From: an uncultured Christensenellaceae bacterium
GTDB lineage: Bacteria; Bacillota; Clostridia; Christensenellales; CAG-1252
Reading direction: 5' to 3'
NCBI GenBank assembly: GCA_964391805.1
Contig: CAYMNK010000004.1
Location: 91,986 to 155,985, forward strand
Length of the DNA: 64,000 nucleotides
The translations under genes were made by a program, and so were the position numbers. Numbering within the stretch: the stretch's first letter is position 1; every line of letters starts with the position of its first letter. Shown here piece after piece: positions 54,923 through 63,720 of this stretch. A model generated the notes under the pieces. The model did no database searches. It was not told where the DNA came from and saw only the letters and a program-made list of their open reading frames with translations.

Positions 54923-55372
54923 CTATATAATCAATATTACTATAGCTATTCCGCCCAATATGCAGAGTTTCATTATCATTCCGCCCTTGTTTTTGACGTC
55001 CGTTTCACAGCCCATAACCACTTCATCAATCCGTAATCTTTCACGTGAAATTGTATCTATGGTCGCTTGATAATCAGATGCTCCGAACTTGTCGAAAAAA
55101 TCTTTGATATCGTTCCCCTCGTTGTTACCAATATAGCGAGGTAAAACGGAATCGTTAAGATATTTATTAAAGTCCGCACCTAATGATGAAGAAATTCTTT
55201 GATTTATATCATTCTTGCTCCCCTTAACACTTCGTACTGTTTCAAAAGCAAGCAGTAAATATTTTTGATAATCCTTATAAAAAGCGAGCCGTTGCTTCTT
55301 ACGTTTATTGATAAAGATGCCTATAAAACACACCGAGCAAAAGGCTATTGCAGATGTAATTGCTTTAACCAT
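54923..55372 (-). CDS. spoIIIAB: Stage III sporulation protein AB
   Basis: N- and C-terminal TM helices; position after spoIIIAA. Confidence 0.75.
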   Translation of the reverse strand: MVKAITSAIAFCSVCFIGIFINKRKKQRLAFYKDYQKYLLLAFETVRSVKGSKNDINQRISSSLGADFNKYLNDSVLPRYIGNNEGNDIKDFFDKFGASDYQATIDTISRERLRIDEVVMGCETDVKNKGGMIMKLCILGGIAIVILII

Positions 55373-56147
55373 ATCGCACCTCTTGAATACTTCCTAAGGA
55401 TGGATACCTACTCAACAATACCTTGATTTCAAAGTTCGAACATTGCGCGGGCAAGTTGTCTAAGTCGCTACCGTGAACAGACGATACTATATTTATACCG
55501 CTCCGATATATGCGCTCGCTGACTTTATATTCGTCTTCTCCGAATAATTCATCGGTCACCACTGTTTCGGGGGATAGACTTCTAATAATTCCTTCGTATA
55601 ATGAATCCTTAGATATGCCGGAAAGAACTAAACTATTGCCCAAATCAAGCACTCCCATACCGCACAATTCATGTCTTTCATCTACAACTACTGTCTGGCG
55701 AATATGCGAAATGCGCCTCGCAAGATCCCTCAAAAAGGTGGTTTTTCCAGCATAAGGCTTACTCACAACCAAAATATTGCGATTCAAATACTTGTCGGGA
55801 ATAACAGAGGAACATCCGATTATCTCATGCGGGATTCTAATCACGAGTCCCTGCAAATGCTTTATTACCTTATGACCGCTACCGTTAACAACATAATCAC
55901 CCGCAAGACCTATCCTAACACCGCCTTTATATGTTAGATACCCCTCTTGAGCATATTCTCCAACCGCATACACCGAATCATCGGTTACAAGCCTTAGAAC
56001 ATCTTTCAACAAATCATCGGTCACAATTTTATCGATTACAATCGACCGATTGGCCAACTTATACATAATGTGCCTACCGAGAATAAGCACTATTTCATTG
56101 GCGGATAAAGGAATATCGGGGGATAAAAGCTCAAGCAGTCTATTCAT
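55365..56147 (-). CDS. spoIIIAA: Stage III sporulation protein AA (ATPase)
   Basis: Walker A KPYAGKTTFLRDLAR and Walker B-like VVVDE. First gene of the cluster. Confidence 0.85.
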   Translation of the reverse strand: MNRLLELLSPDIPLSANEIVLILGRHIMYKLANRSIVIDKIVTDDLLKDVLRLVTDDSVYAVGEYAQEGYLTYKGGVRIGLAGDYVVNGSGHKVIKHLQGLVIRIPHEIIGCSSVIPDKYLNRNILVVSKPYAGKTTFLRDLARRISHIRQTVVVDERHELCGMGVLDLGNSLVLSGISKDSLYEGIIRSLSPETVVTDELFGEDEYKVSERIYRSGINIVSSVHGSDLDNLPAQCSNFEIKVLLSRYPSLGSIQEVRYG

Positions 56148-56280
56148 ATTCTTATTGTATGCTTGTACATCTCAATAATGAATGTACCGACTTAATTAGA
56201 GTAAATGCGACGATTTTCCGCATTTAAAAAAGTGGGATTATTTACTATGTGGAATTATGTTTAATCGCACGACGACGAGC

Positions 56281-56330
56281 GATTTCTCAATATGACGGGA
56301 TCAGCATGACAATAAACGGAAGTATGTATA
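56281..56330 (+). repeat. Degenerate relic of the mosaic repeat tail
   Basis: TTCTCAATATGACGGGATCAGCATGACAATAAACGG, compared with CGCTCAGTATGACGGGACGGGAATCAGTATGACATGATTG at 24.6 kb. Confidence 0.45.
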
Positions 56331-56362
56331 ACATAACAAACAATTGCTCTTTTTGAGTAGAA

Positions 56363-56397
56363 AAAAGTATGCACTTCAACTGTGACATACTTTTTTT
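56363..56397. terminator. Bidirectional terminator hairpin downstream of the islet gene
   Basis: AAAAAAGTATG-13 nt-CATACTTTTTTT. Confidence 0.55.
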
Positions 56398-56558
56398 ATT
56401 AAACTATAGAGAATATAAAAATTAATGACATAGAATTAGTCAGTATAATCAAGACAACTTTAAATTACTGTGCCTTTTTATGGGATAACCAAATGTAATC
56501 ATATATAGAATGTAGTTTTGACATATCTTCTACAAATTATTTTGTACGCAACAAAATA

Positions 56559-57443
56559 CTAAATATAGACCTGATGGCCATTATTAATTTCAACTAAAGA
56601 ACTAATCGAGTCACATTCTATTAATTGTACTAATACTGGCAATGAACCACTTTTCGATGATCTCACTACTGACATATATCCAATTATTGAAATACCGTTT
56701 TGTTCAAGATAATTAATTATCGAGTCAATCTCTATGTGATAATCGGCAAACAATTCAGTATCTAAAAGTTTTTCAACTACGAGTTTATGCTTTTGTAAAT
56801 AACTAAGTTTTTCTGTGATTTTATTTTGATACCCGGCTTCTGTATCAAGCATCTCCGTATATTCACTTGCTACATTTATGAAAATACATGGCGAATCTTC
56901 TGATAGTCCTGTCTTAATAGCAAAAGAATAAGTAAGCAATATTTCGTTCCACTTTGATATATAGTCATTTATCTCGCTCAACACTAAGTTATGTTTTAAT
57001 GAAAATAATAGATTTCCATTATCGAACTCACCTTCACCATATAAATTGGTGGCCTCTTCTAACGATTCAGCAGATGTTTGGTTACAGACAAAAGTTTTGT
57101 TAGTAGTATATAAACCATCTAAACCGTTTTGAACAAATCGCCTATTATTATCTATAATACTTTTTTTTCTTTGAAAAACTTTAATACTCTTGGACACATA
57201 TTCAATATTCACAAATTGAGTTACATTTCCTACTATTGTTGTTTTATCTGATAGTTTATCAATCTCAACTAATTCGTTCTTAACTAAATAGTATTCATAA
57301 TCGTAACGCCCAAATCCAATATATTTCGATTTACGAAAATATACTTGAGAACCGCGACCAAACAGCTCAATTAAATATGTAAAGCAAGTTTCAACAGTAT
57401 TTTTATATGTATCATCCTTAAACGGATTAAGAACGATATGCAT
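56559..57443 (-). CDS. Hypothetical protein in an AT-rich islet; the ORF appears N-terminally truncated by a homopolymer frameshift
   Basis: 294-aa ORF with no recognised family. The upstream same-frame codons encode KKRIIRLIATSVISICILICIISST (a signal anchor). They are cut off from GGAGG+ATG at 57526 by an A7 run. Confidence 0.6.
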   Translation of the reverse strand: MHIVLNPFKDDTYKNTVETCFTYLIELFGRGSQVYFRKSKYIGFGRYDYEYYLVKNELVEIDKLSDKTTIVGNVTQFVNIEYVSKSIKVFQRKKSIIDNNRRFVQNGLDGLYTTNKTFVCNQTSAESLEEATNLYGEGEFDNGNLLFSLKHNLVLSEINDYISKWNEILLTYSFAIKTGLSEDSPCIFINVASEYTEMLDTEAGYQNKITEKLSYLQKHKLVVEKLLDTELFADYHIEIDSIINYLEQNGISIIGYMSVVRSSKSGSLPVLVQLIECDSISSLVEINNGHQVYI

Positions 57444-57839
57444 AGTGCTACTTATTATGCATATTAAAATACAGATACTTATTACGCTTGTCGCAATTAA
57501 TCGAATAATTCGCTTTTTTTAGCCATAATTATCCTCCATCAATAAACTATTTACTACTCAATGGTTATTTTAATATTTCCCTCCACCGTGCTCTTATAAA
57601 ACCTCACAGCAATCTTATATTTCTTTCCATTCAGTAAATTAATCCTATCCTTATAGTTTCCCTTAAATAAAAATCGTTTTTACTACTCTCGTTAATATTA
57701 TACCACATAATAAAAGAATTCTCACTACACGTTTTATACATTTCTAAAATCTTAAATAAAGTTTAATATTACATTTTAATAATAAAATGAGATTATTTAC
57801 GATGCTCAATTATGTATAAAAGAAAGAAAGTTTAGTATG

Positions 57840-58125
57840 ATGCTGATAAGACGCTGACGCTTACTTTGATTAAGGATTAAGATACCGACGCATTGCGTCG
57901 CCCTATCGGGTTCGACTTCGCTTACGCTCAGTATGACATGATTAGACGCTAATGCTTACATTGATATGGATGATTGATAGACTGATGACAAGTTTAATGC
58001 AAAATAAAAAGCAAGTGCGAGGACTTGTTTTGGCGGGAGATTACTAATCTCCCCTACACATTTGTTATATATTGTTATCGTCGCTTGTGAAAGGTTATGC
58101 ATTATGACATGCTTTTTTTATGCGG
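57840..58125 (+). repeat. Mosaic intergenic repeat locus R8 (single near-full-length composite copy)
   Basis: Tail fragment, type-1 core (57885-57937), tail, double hairpin (57998-58050), then a tail module ending in TATGCATTATGACATG. Confidence 0.85.
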
Positions 58126-58131
58126 AATAGA

Positions 58132-59787
58132 TTATTCGCGACCCATTAGTGCTCTAATGTAATCCAATTCGAAATCTATATTGTCGATATTGATCCCGTT
58201 AAAGGTACAATAATCTTCTAAAAATATTTTTTGCGTACCATGTTCTTCGAGTGCGACACAAATGGCTGCTCTCGCTATTTTTGACATATCCAATTTGTAA
58301 TGCTCTTCGTCTTGATTTATCTTCTCATATATGGAAAACAAATACTTATGACAAGAGTTTTCACTATCGGCAAGCAATGAAAAGGACTCGGCATATGCTT
58401 CACGAAGTAATTCGTCATAGGATGAATAGGAAGGCGGACGCTTTATATTAATATTCATATAGTATCCGTCGGCATTATAGAAGAATTTACCTTTATATCC
58501 TTTATAGACCATCGCTTTGATGAAAAACCTCTTCATCGGTTTGGGCGTATTGATGTCGGAATTTAAACGCTTCAATAAGTAATGTTCATCATCCGGATGT
58601 AAGTTATCAAAATATTTGATCAAATCGGCACCGTACTCATAATTATAGTCGGTGAAAAGGTATACTATAGCCCTTTTGAGCGATTCGCTCATTTTTTTAC
58701 CTTTGACTTCTTTCAAATCCTTGGACACCATACGGAAAATTCTCTTATCGAATACATCGGGGACGATCTTTCCGATTTCTAAATAATCGGGGAAACGAAG
58801 TCTTTCGATATAGTCCACAGGATATTTTACCCTCATGGTATAAAGCAAGGCAAAATACTTTTTCTTACTTTGCTCTTTTTCGCCACGATTCCATCTAATG
58901 AGCGTCTGCATTATCCTATAACAGATAGCATTAGGATGCGATGCAATAAGACTATCTACAACTGATTGAGCATACTCGAATTCACCGTATCTATTGGCTA
59001 AAGATGCAACTTCTTTCATTGCCCAATCGTCATCGGAAAATCTAAATAATTTGAACAAATCTACCACTTCGGGATAACTATTCTTATAATGCAAAAAGTC
59101 CGGTAATATGCCTTGAGTAGGTTTAAGTTTAATGGCTATATGCGCTATTTCGAGTACCCTTTCGCGATTACCGAGTGCGTCTTGAACAAGAGCCTCCGCT
59201 CTAATCCTTTCGTAACGATCGGATTCGGTATCGTATAAACTCTTTATCAATTGCAATGCGCCCTCGTAGTCGTCATGCACCATCAATTTATGTGCGCGAA
59301 GTAGAGTTTCACCATTATAACGAATGCGCTCGGCATCGGCAAACTGCAATTTCGATTTTCTCATTTCGTTGGCACGCTCGACAAAATCTTTATAGGTGTC
59401 TTCGATCATGGTTTCCGTAATCTCGAAGTCTTCGTCGGTTCCGTACGTATTGAGAAAATGGAACGCGGCTAAATGTCTACCTCTATCATCTAAACATCCT
59501 GCTATACAACCCGATAAGTATTCTAAGTCCACTCTCGTGGGTCTATAGGACGCCATAAGTTCGGCAACACAAGCTAAAGCCATTTCTTGATTATCGAGAG
59601 AATAGTAAGCTTGAGGCAAAATGAAAAAGAGTTCTCGGTCCTTTCCTAAGTCATACGCATTATTGGCATGCATAATTGCCTCGTCAAACTCTTCGTTTTC
59701 AAGACAATCGTTCGCCATTTCGATGTAATCGTTTTTACTGATCGAAAAACTTATAGTTCCTGTATTCTTATCGATATTTTTAGACAT
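58132..59787 (-). CDS. Hypothetical helical-repeat (TPR-like) protein
   Basis: 551-aa ORF with a GGGGG SD, 19 nt downstream of hslO. No family recognised; helical-repeat character judged by eye only. Confidence 0.6.
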   Translation of the reverse strand: MSKNIDKNTGTISFSISKNDYIEMANDCLENEEFDEAIMHANNAYDLGKDRELFFILPQAYYSLDNQEMALACVAELMASYRPTRVDLEYLSGCIAGCLDDRGRHLAAFHFLNTYGTDEDFEITETMIEDTYKDFVERANEMRKSKLQFADAERIRYNGETLLRAHKLMVHDDYEGALQLIKSLYDTESDRYERIRAEALVQDALGNRERVLEIAHIAIKLKPTQGILPDFLHYKNSYPEVVDLFKLFRFSDDDWAMKEVASLANRYGEFEYAQSVVDSLIASHPNAICYRIMQTLIRWNRGEKEQSKKKYFALLYTMRVKYPVDYIERLRFPDYLEIGKIVPDVFDKRIFRMVSKDLKEVKGKKMSESLKRAIVYLFTDYNYEYGADLIKYFDNLHPDDEHYLLKRLNSDINTPKPMKRFFIKAMVYKGYKGKFFYNADGYYMNINIKRPPSYSSYDELLREAYAESFSLLADSENSCHKYLFSIYEKINQDEEHYKLDMSKIARAAICVALEEHGTQKIFLEDYCTFNGINIDNIDFELDYIRALMGRE

Positions 59788-59805
59788 TTTGCCCCCTAAA
59801 TAACA

Positions 59806-60696
59806 TTACTTTTTCTTGTGAATCCTATCGTATTCCTGCCAAAGGTCTATAACCGCTTGTTTGTCGAAATTGTATTTCTTATTACAGAATTGACAAACAA
59901 CCTCTATACTTCCTCTCTCCATAAGTATATTGACACATTCGTTCCTACCTAAACTTCTAACGACACCTTTGATATACTCTTCGTTACAAGTACATTTATA
60001 TTCGGGCTTTTGAGGCTCGAAATATTCTATTTCAAAATGTCCGAAATGGTCGTCAATAAGTTGATGAGGATCGCGCCTTGCGACATATTTATCGATATTA
60101 ACGAAGTTCATGGAGATATCTTCGAGAATAACCAATATTTCCTCGGTGCAACCGGGCATGGGTTGTATAACAATACCGCCGGCAGAGGTGCATTCGCCCG
60201 ATTCGTCGAGATTAACAGACAATGCCAATGCTGTCGGTACACCTTCGCTCTTGGTGAAATACCAAGCGAAATCCTCGTCTACATTACCGTTGACAAGTTC
60301 GCTGGTGCCCGAATACGGATCTTTTAATCCAAGGTCCTTTATAACCTTGAGATAACCGCCTTTAATAGCGCCCTTAACGTTTTGCTTACCGTTGCCCAAA
60401 GGCTCGATAGAAATATTAGGATTTTCAACATATCCTCTAACATTCATTGCACCGTTGGATGCAACTACTATTCGACCGATTTCGCCTTCCGAATCGACGG
60501 TAATAGAAAGTTTATCACCCTTATTTTTGAGTGAATTACTCATAAAAGAGGCTATACTCAACACCTTACCGAGGGCAACCGTTGCCACGGGAGAGGTATT
60601 ATGTATTTTACTTGCTTCACGAACTAAATCGGTGGTATCAAAGGCTGTAACCTCTACCAATCCGTTAAAAACTAATGATTTACATACACTATCCAT
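59806..60696 (-). CDS. hslO: Redox-regulated chaperone Hsp33
   Basis: Hsp33 fold sequence with C-terminal zinc centre CTC...CQFC. Confidence 0.9.
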   Translation of the reverse strand: MDSVCKSLVFNGLVEVTAFDTTDLVREASKIHNTSPVATVALGKVLSIASFMSNSLKNKGDKLSITVDSEGEIGRIVVASNGAMNVRGYVENPNISIEPLGNGKQNVKGAIKGGYLKVIKDLGLKDPYSGTSELVNGNVDEDFAWYFTKSEGVPTALALSVNLDESGECTSAGGIVIQPMPGCTEEILVILEDISMNFVNIDKYVARRDPHQLIDDHFGHFEIEYFEPQKPEYKCTCNEEYIKGVVRSLGRNECVNILMERGSIEVVCQFCNKKYNFDKQAVIDLWQEYDRIHKKK

Positions 60697-60707
60697 TATT
60701 AACTCCT

Positions 60708-61433
60708 TTACTCCTTTTCAAGTACGAAGATGATGCGTTCGCTTTTTTCGCGAGGTTTCAAGAAACGCTCGTCTAACACCTTAACTATTTTGAAACCAAC
60801 ATCGGTTGCCGAGTGCTCAATAAATTCTTTTGAATGAGCAAATTGACGCTGAGATTCGTCTCGTCTAACATATAGGCCGTCCGATGTTCTTTCAAAAAAA
60901 GTTAGGTCCATTTTGACGCTTTTGTCTTTTTTTCTCAAACTGTTTTGCCAAAAAAGCACTATATCGTCATAATCTTCGTAATAAAGTTCGTTACCTAATA
61001 TATTGATAAGTTTATATTCAGATGACATATCGAAGATAAAGCGTCCGCCCGATTTTAAAGCATCGTAAACACGCTTAAAAAAAGGTTCAATCTCGGCATC
61101 GCGCAAATAATTAATGCCGTCAGACGTCGCAGTTATGATATCATACGGCGAATTATACTTAAATTCCAAAGCGTTCTCTTGCTTGAAAATTATTTTAACG
61201 CCGGCTTTCGACGCGTTCGATAGCGCTTCCCCCAACATCTCGGTCGAAAGGTCGCTACCCTCTACCTTAAAACCCTTTTGCGCAAGCATTATAGTAAACC
61301 GACCTGTTCCGCAAAATAAATCTAAGGCTTTACCGCTTAAGTGCTTTTCTAACGCTAAATCGAGCACCCTTTCATACGGATACTCGATCATTCTGTCATA
61401 ATATCTACCTAATACTTGATAGGCGTTATCCAT
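60708..61433 (-). CDS. Class I SAM-dependent methyltransferase
   Basis: ALDLFCGTGR motif I and DIITATSD post-I region. Confidence 0.8.
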   Translation of the reverse strand: MDNAYQVLGRYYDRMIEYPYERVLDLALEKHLSGKALDLFCGTGRFTIMLAQKGFKVEGSDLSTEMLGEALSNASKAGVKIIFKQENALEFKYNSPYDIITATSDGINYLRDAEIEPFFKRVYDALKSGGRFIFDMSSEYKLINILGNELYYEDYDDIVLFWQNSLRKKDKSVKMDLTFFERTSDGLYVRRDESQRQFAHSKEFIEHSATDVGFKIVKVLDERFLKPREKSERIIFVLEKE

Positions 61434-61435
61434 TT

Positions 61436-62515
61436 TTATCTCTTATTTCCGCCTTTATGTTTATAGGAAGAATTATAGCTGTTTTTATTTTGTTGCTGTT
61501 TTTCCTTTCTCTTCTCGGCTCTCGTCTTTTCTTCCTCGGGCTCTGCATTCTTTTTCTTCGCGCCAACGTATTCTTTAACTTCCTTAGCAGTTCTCTTTTT
61601 GATAGCAACTTCGATTCTATTACCGTTAACGTCTACTTGAGTACATATAAAGTTGTCGAATAAGTATTGAGCGTATCCTGTCCACATCATAGCAAGGAAG
61701 AAGAATCCAAGCAATGCCAACAATACGGGAATTAAGAAGGAGAATAGACTGACCTTACTCAACATGCATAATCCTACCGTAATACCCAACATAAATATAG
61801 ACGGAACAAACATAATGATATTTAAGAACAATGCATTCTTAAGATGATCGCGAAGTTTAAAATCGTAGCATGCAATGGAAGGAAGTAAAACTAAGACGAA
61901 TATTATCGCCAATGCGCCTACAATACCGACCACGGCTGCAACTAAATAACTTGCCCAATAAGCCTCGGATAACTCCAAAAGAGTATGATGCCATTCGAAT
62001 CCGTATAAGCAACCTGCTAACACTACACAAGATATAGCACCGATGAGCATGAAGGGTTTCCACATTTTCTTGATACCGCGGAAGAAGGATTTGATATTAA
62101 CCTTCTCTCCCCACATATATCCTCTCGAACAATGGAATACTCCCGATAAACCAACGAAAGCGATAAATACCGAACCGATAATGCAGGGGAACAGGAAAAT
62201 TCTATTGACATATTGCTGATATAAAACAGCTTCGGAATAACTGTCCGCTACACCGGGGAATCCAAAACCGAAATTACCGATAAAATGTCTATCGGAATAA
62301 ACGTAATTATGAACCAAATTCGGCAAAATGAATAAACTGAATATCAAAGGTAAAGCAAAAATACACATGTAGATAAGGTTTGTCCAAAAGATATTCTTAA
62401 TGTTAGCATTAAATCGTTTGAAGAAATACGAAATTCTACCGCCCGTTTCAACGGGTTCAACGGTACGCTTGTCCTTACCTACGGTAAGATTTAAGATTAG
62501 ATCTGCTCTTGACAT
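61436..62515 (-). CDS. DUF624/YesL-like polytopic membrane protein with basic C-terminal tail
   Basis: Six or more TM helices. Start at ATG 62515 has a GGAG SD. The Lys/Arg/Glu-rich tail is about 60 aa. Confidence 0.6.
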   Translation of the reverse strand: MSRADLILNLTVGKDKRTVEPVETGGRISYFFKRFNANIKNIFWTNLIYMCIFALPLIFSLFILPNLVHNYVYSDRHFIGNFGFGFPGVADSYSEAVLYQQYVNRIFLFPCIIGSVFIAFVGLSGVFHCSRGYMWGEKVNIKSFFRGIKKMWKPFMLIGAISCVVLAGCLYGFEWHHTLLELSEAYWASYLVAAVVGIVGALAIIFVLVLLPSIACYDFKLRDHLKNALFLNIIMFVPSIFMLGITVGLCMLSKVSLFSFLIPVLLALLGFFFLAMMWTGYAQYLFDNFICTQVDVNGNRIEVAIKKRTAKEVKEYVGAKKKNAEPEEEKTRAEKRKEKQQQNKNSYNSSYKHKGGNKR

Positions 62516-62713
62516 AAAAACTCCTTGAGTCTTGGCGGGAAATCTCAAATTACCCACTATAACTATAATAATACTTATAAATAATACAACATTTTTTATA
62601 ACTTTGCAAGTTATTTATGTAAACATTTAAGTCCTAAAAATCATGCAAAAGCAATAATAAGTATTTTTTTGTTTATAATGCAATATTTAACTTGCAAAAA
62701 TCGAGGCAAAACA

Positions 62714-63715
62714 TTGAAAAAAAAGAAAAACAAAATTTTAGCAATTATCGGGGCCACGGGGCTGGTCGGACGTACGGTATTGAAGGTTCTCGAAGAAAGA
62801 AAACTTCCTTTTGACGATTATTTACTATTCGCATCGGCTAAAAGCGAAGGGGCTTTACTCGCTTTTTTAGGAAAAGAATATACCGTACATGCCCTGACGA
62901 TTGAAAATGTACTCGACAAGGGAATCACTCATGCTATATTAGCGGTAAACTGCAATATCAGTAAGGAGTTCGCACCAATACTTAGGGAAAACGGCATAAT
63001 TGTGGTGGACAACAGTAGTTATTGGCGATTAGATAAAAATTGTCCGCTCGTCGTCCCCGAAGTAAATCCGGAATGTTTATATAATCATAAAGGAATAATC
63101 GCAAATCCTAATTGCACAACTACCATTACTTCGGTTGTTTTAAAGCCGTTACACGATATATTCAAAATCAAAAGAATAGTCTACTCTACCTATCAATCGG
63201 TATCGGGTGCAGGAATGCAAGGGATAGCCGATCTCGAAAGAGGAATTAACGGAGAAATGCCTGTAAAATTTGCATTTCCGATTTTTTCGAACCTTATTCC
63301 TCTAATAGACACAGTAATGAACGACGGTTATACTAAAGAAGAGTACAAAATGATAAATGAGACAAGGAAAATACTAAATAAACCAAAGTTACCGATTACT
63401 GCGACAGCGGTAAGAGTTCCGGTATACATATCTCACGGTATAAGCATTAACGTAGAATTTAAACGAAGATGCGATACATCATTAATCAGACAAGTGCTGA
63501 GTAATTCTAAGGGAGTAACCATTGTAGACGACACAAAAAATGGCGTTTACCCTATGCCGATTTATGCGAAAAATAAAGATACGGTATATGTAGGAAGAAT
63601 TCGAAAAGATAATTCTGTCAAGTACGGGTGTAATTTGTGGATCGTGGGTGATAACCTTAGGAAAGGTGCGGCAACAAATGCAGTACAAATTTTGGAGTTA
63701 TTGGTAGGTTTTTAG
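62714..63715 (+). CDS. asd: Aspartate-semialdehyde dehydrogenase
   Basis: IIGATGLVG NAD motif and IANPNCTT active-site Cys. Probable TTG start at 62714 has a GAGG SD; the ORF track extends to 62669. Confidence 0.88.
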   Translation: MKKKKNKILAIIGATGLVGRTVLKVLEERKLPFDDYLLFASAKSEGALLAFLGKEYTVHALTIENVLDKGITHAILAVNCNISKEFAPILRENGIIVVDNSSYWRLDKNCPLVVPEVNPECLYNHKGIIANPNCTTTITSVVLKPLHDIFKIKRIVYSTYQSVSGAGMQGIADLERGINGEMPVKFAFPIFSNLIPLIDTVMNDGYTKEEYKMINETRKILNKPKLPITATAVRVPVYISHGISINVEFKRRCDTSLIRQVLSNSKGVTIVDDTKNGVYPMPIYAKNKDTVYVGRIRKDNSVKYGCNLWIVGDNLRKGAATNAVQILELLVGF

Positions 63716-63720
63716 TAAAT

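Noticed and set aside
57560-57690. 41-codon open frame upstream of the islet gene (KRFLFKGNYKDRINLLNGKKYKIAVRFYKSTVEGNIKITIE)
   Set aside because: It has no ATG, GTG or TTG start at its 5' end and no SD, and it is too short to evaluate. It is mentioned only as a possible gene remnant within the islet finding.
61426-61663. ORFs 61426-61608 (-) and 61457-61663 (+)
   Set aside because: They overlap the Lys/Arg/Glu-rich tail-coding region of the DUF624-like gene. They are alternative-frame or antisense readings of a purine-rich stretch.
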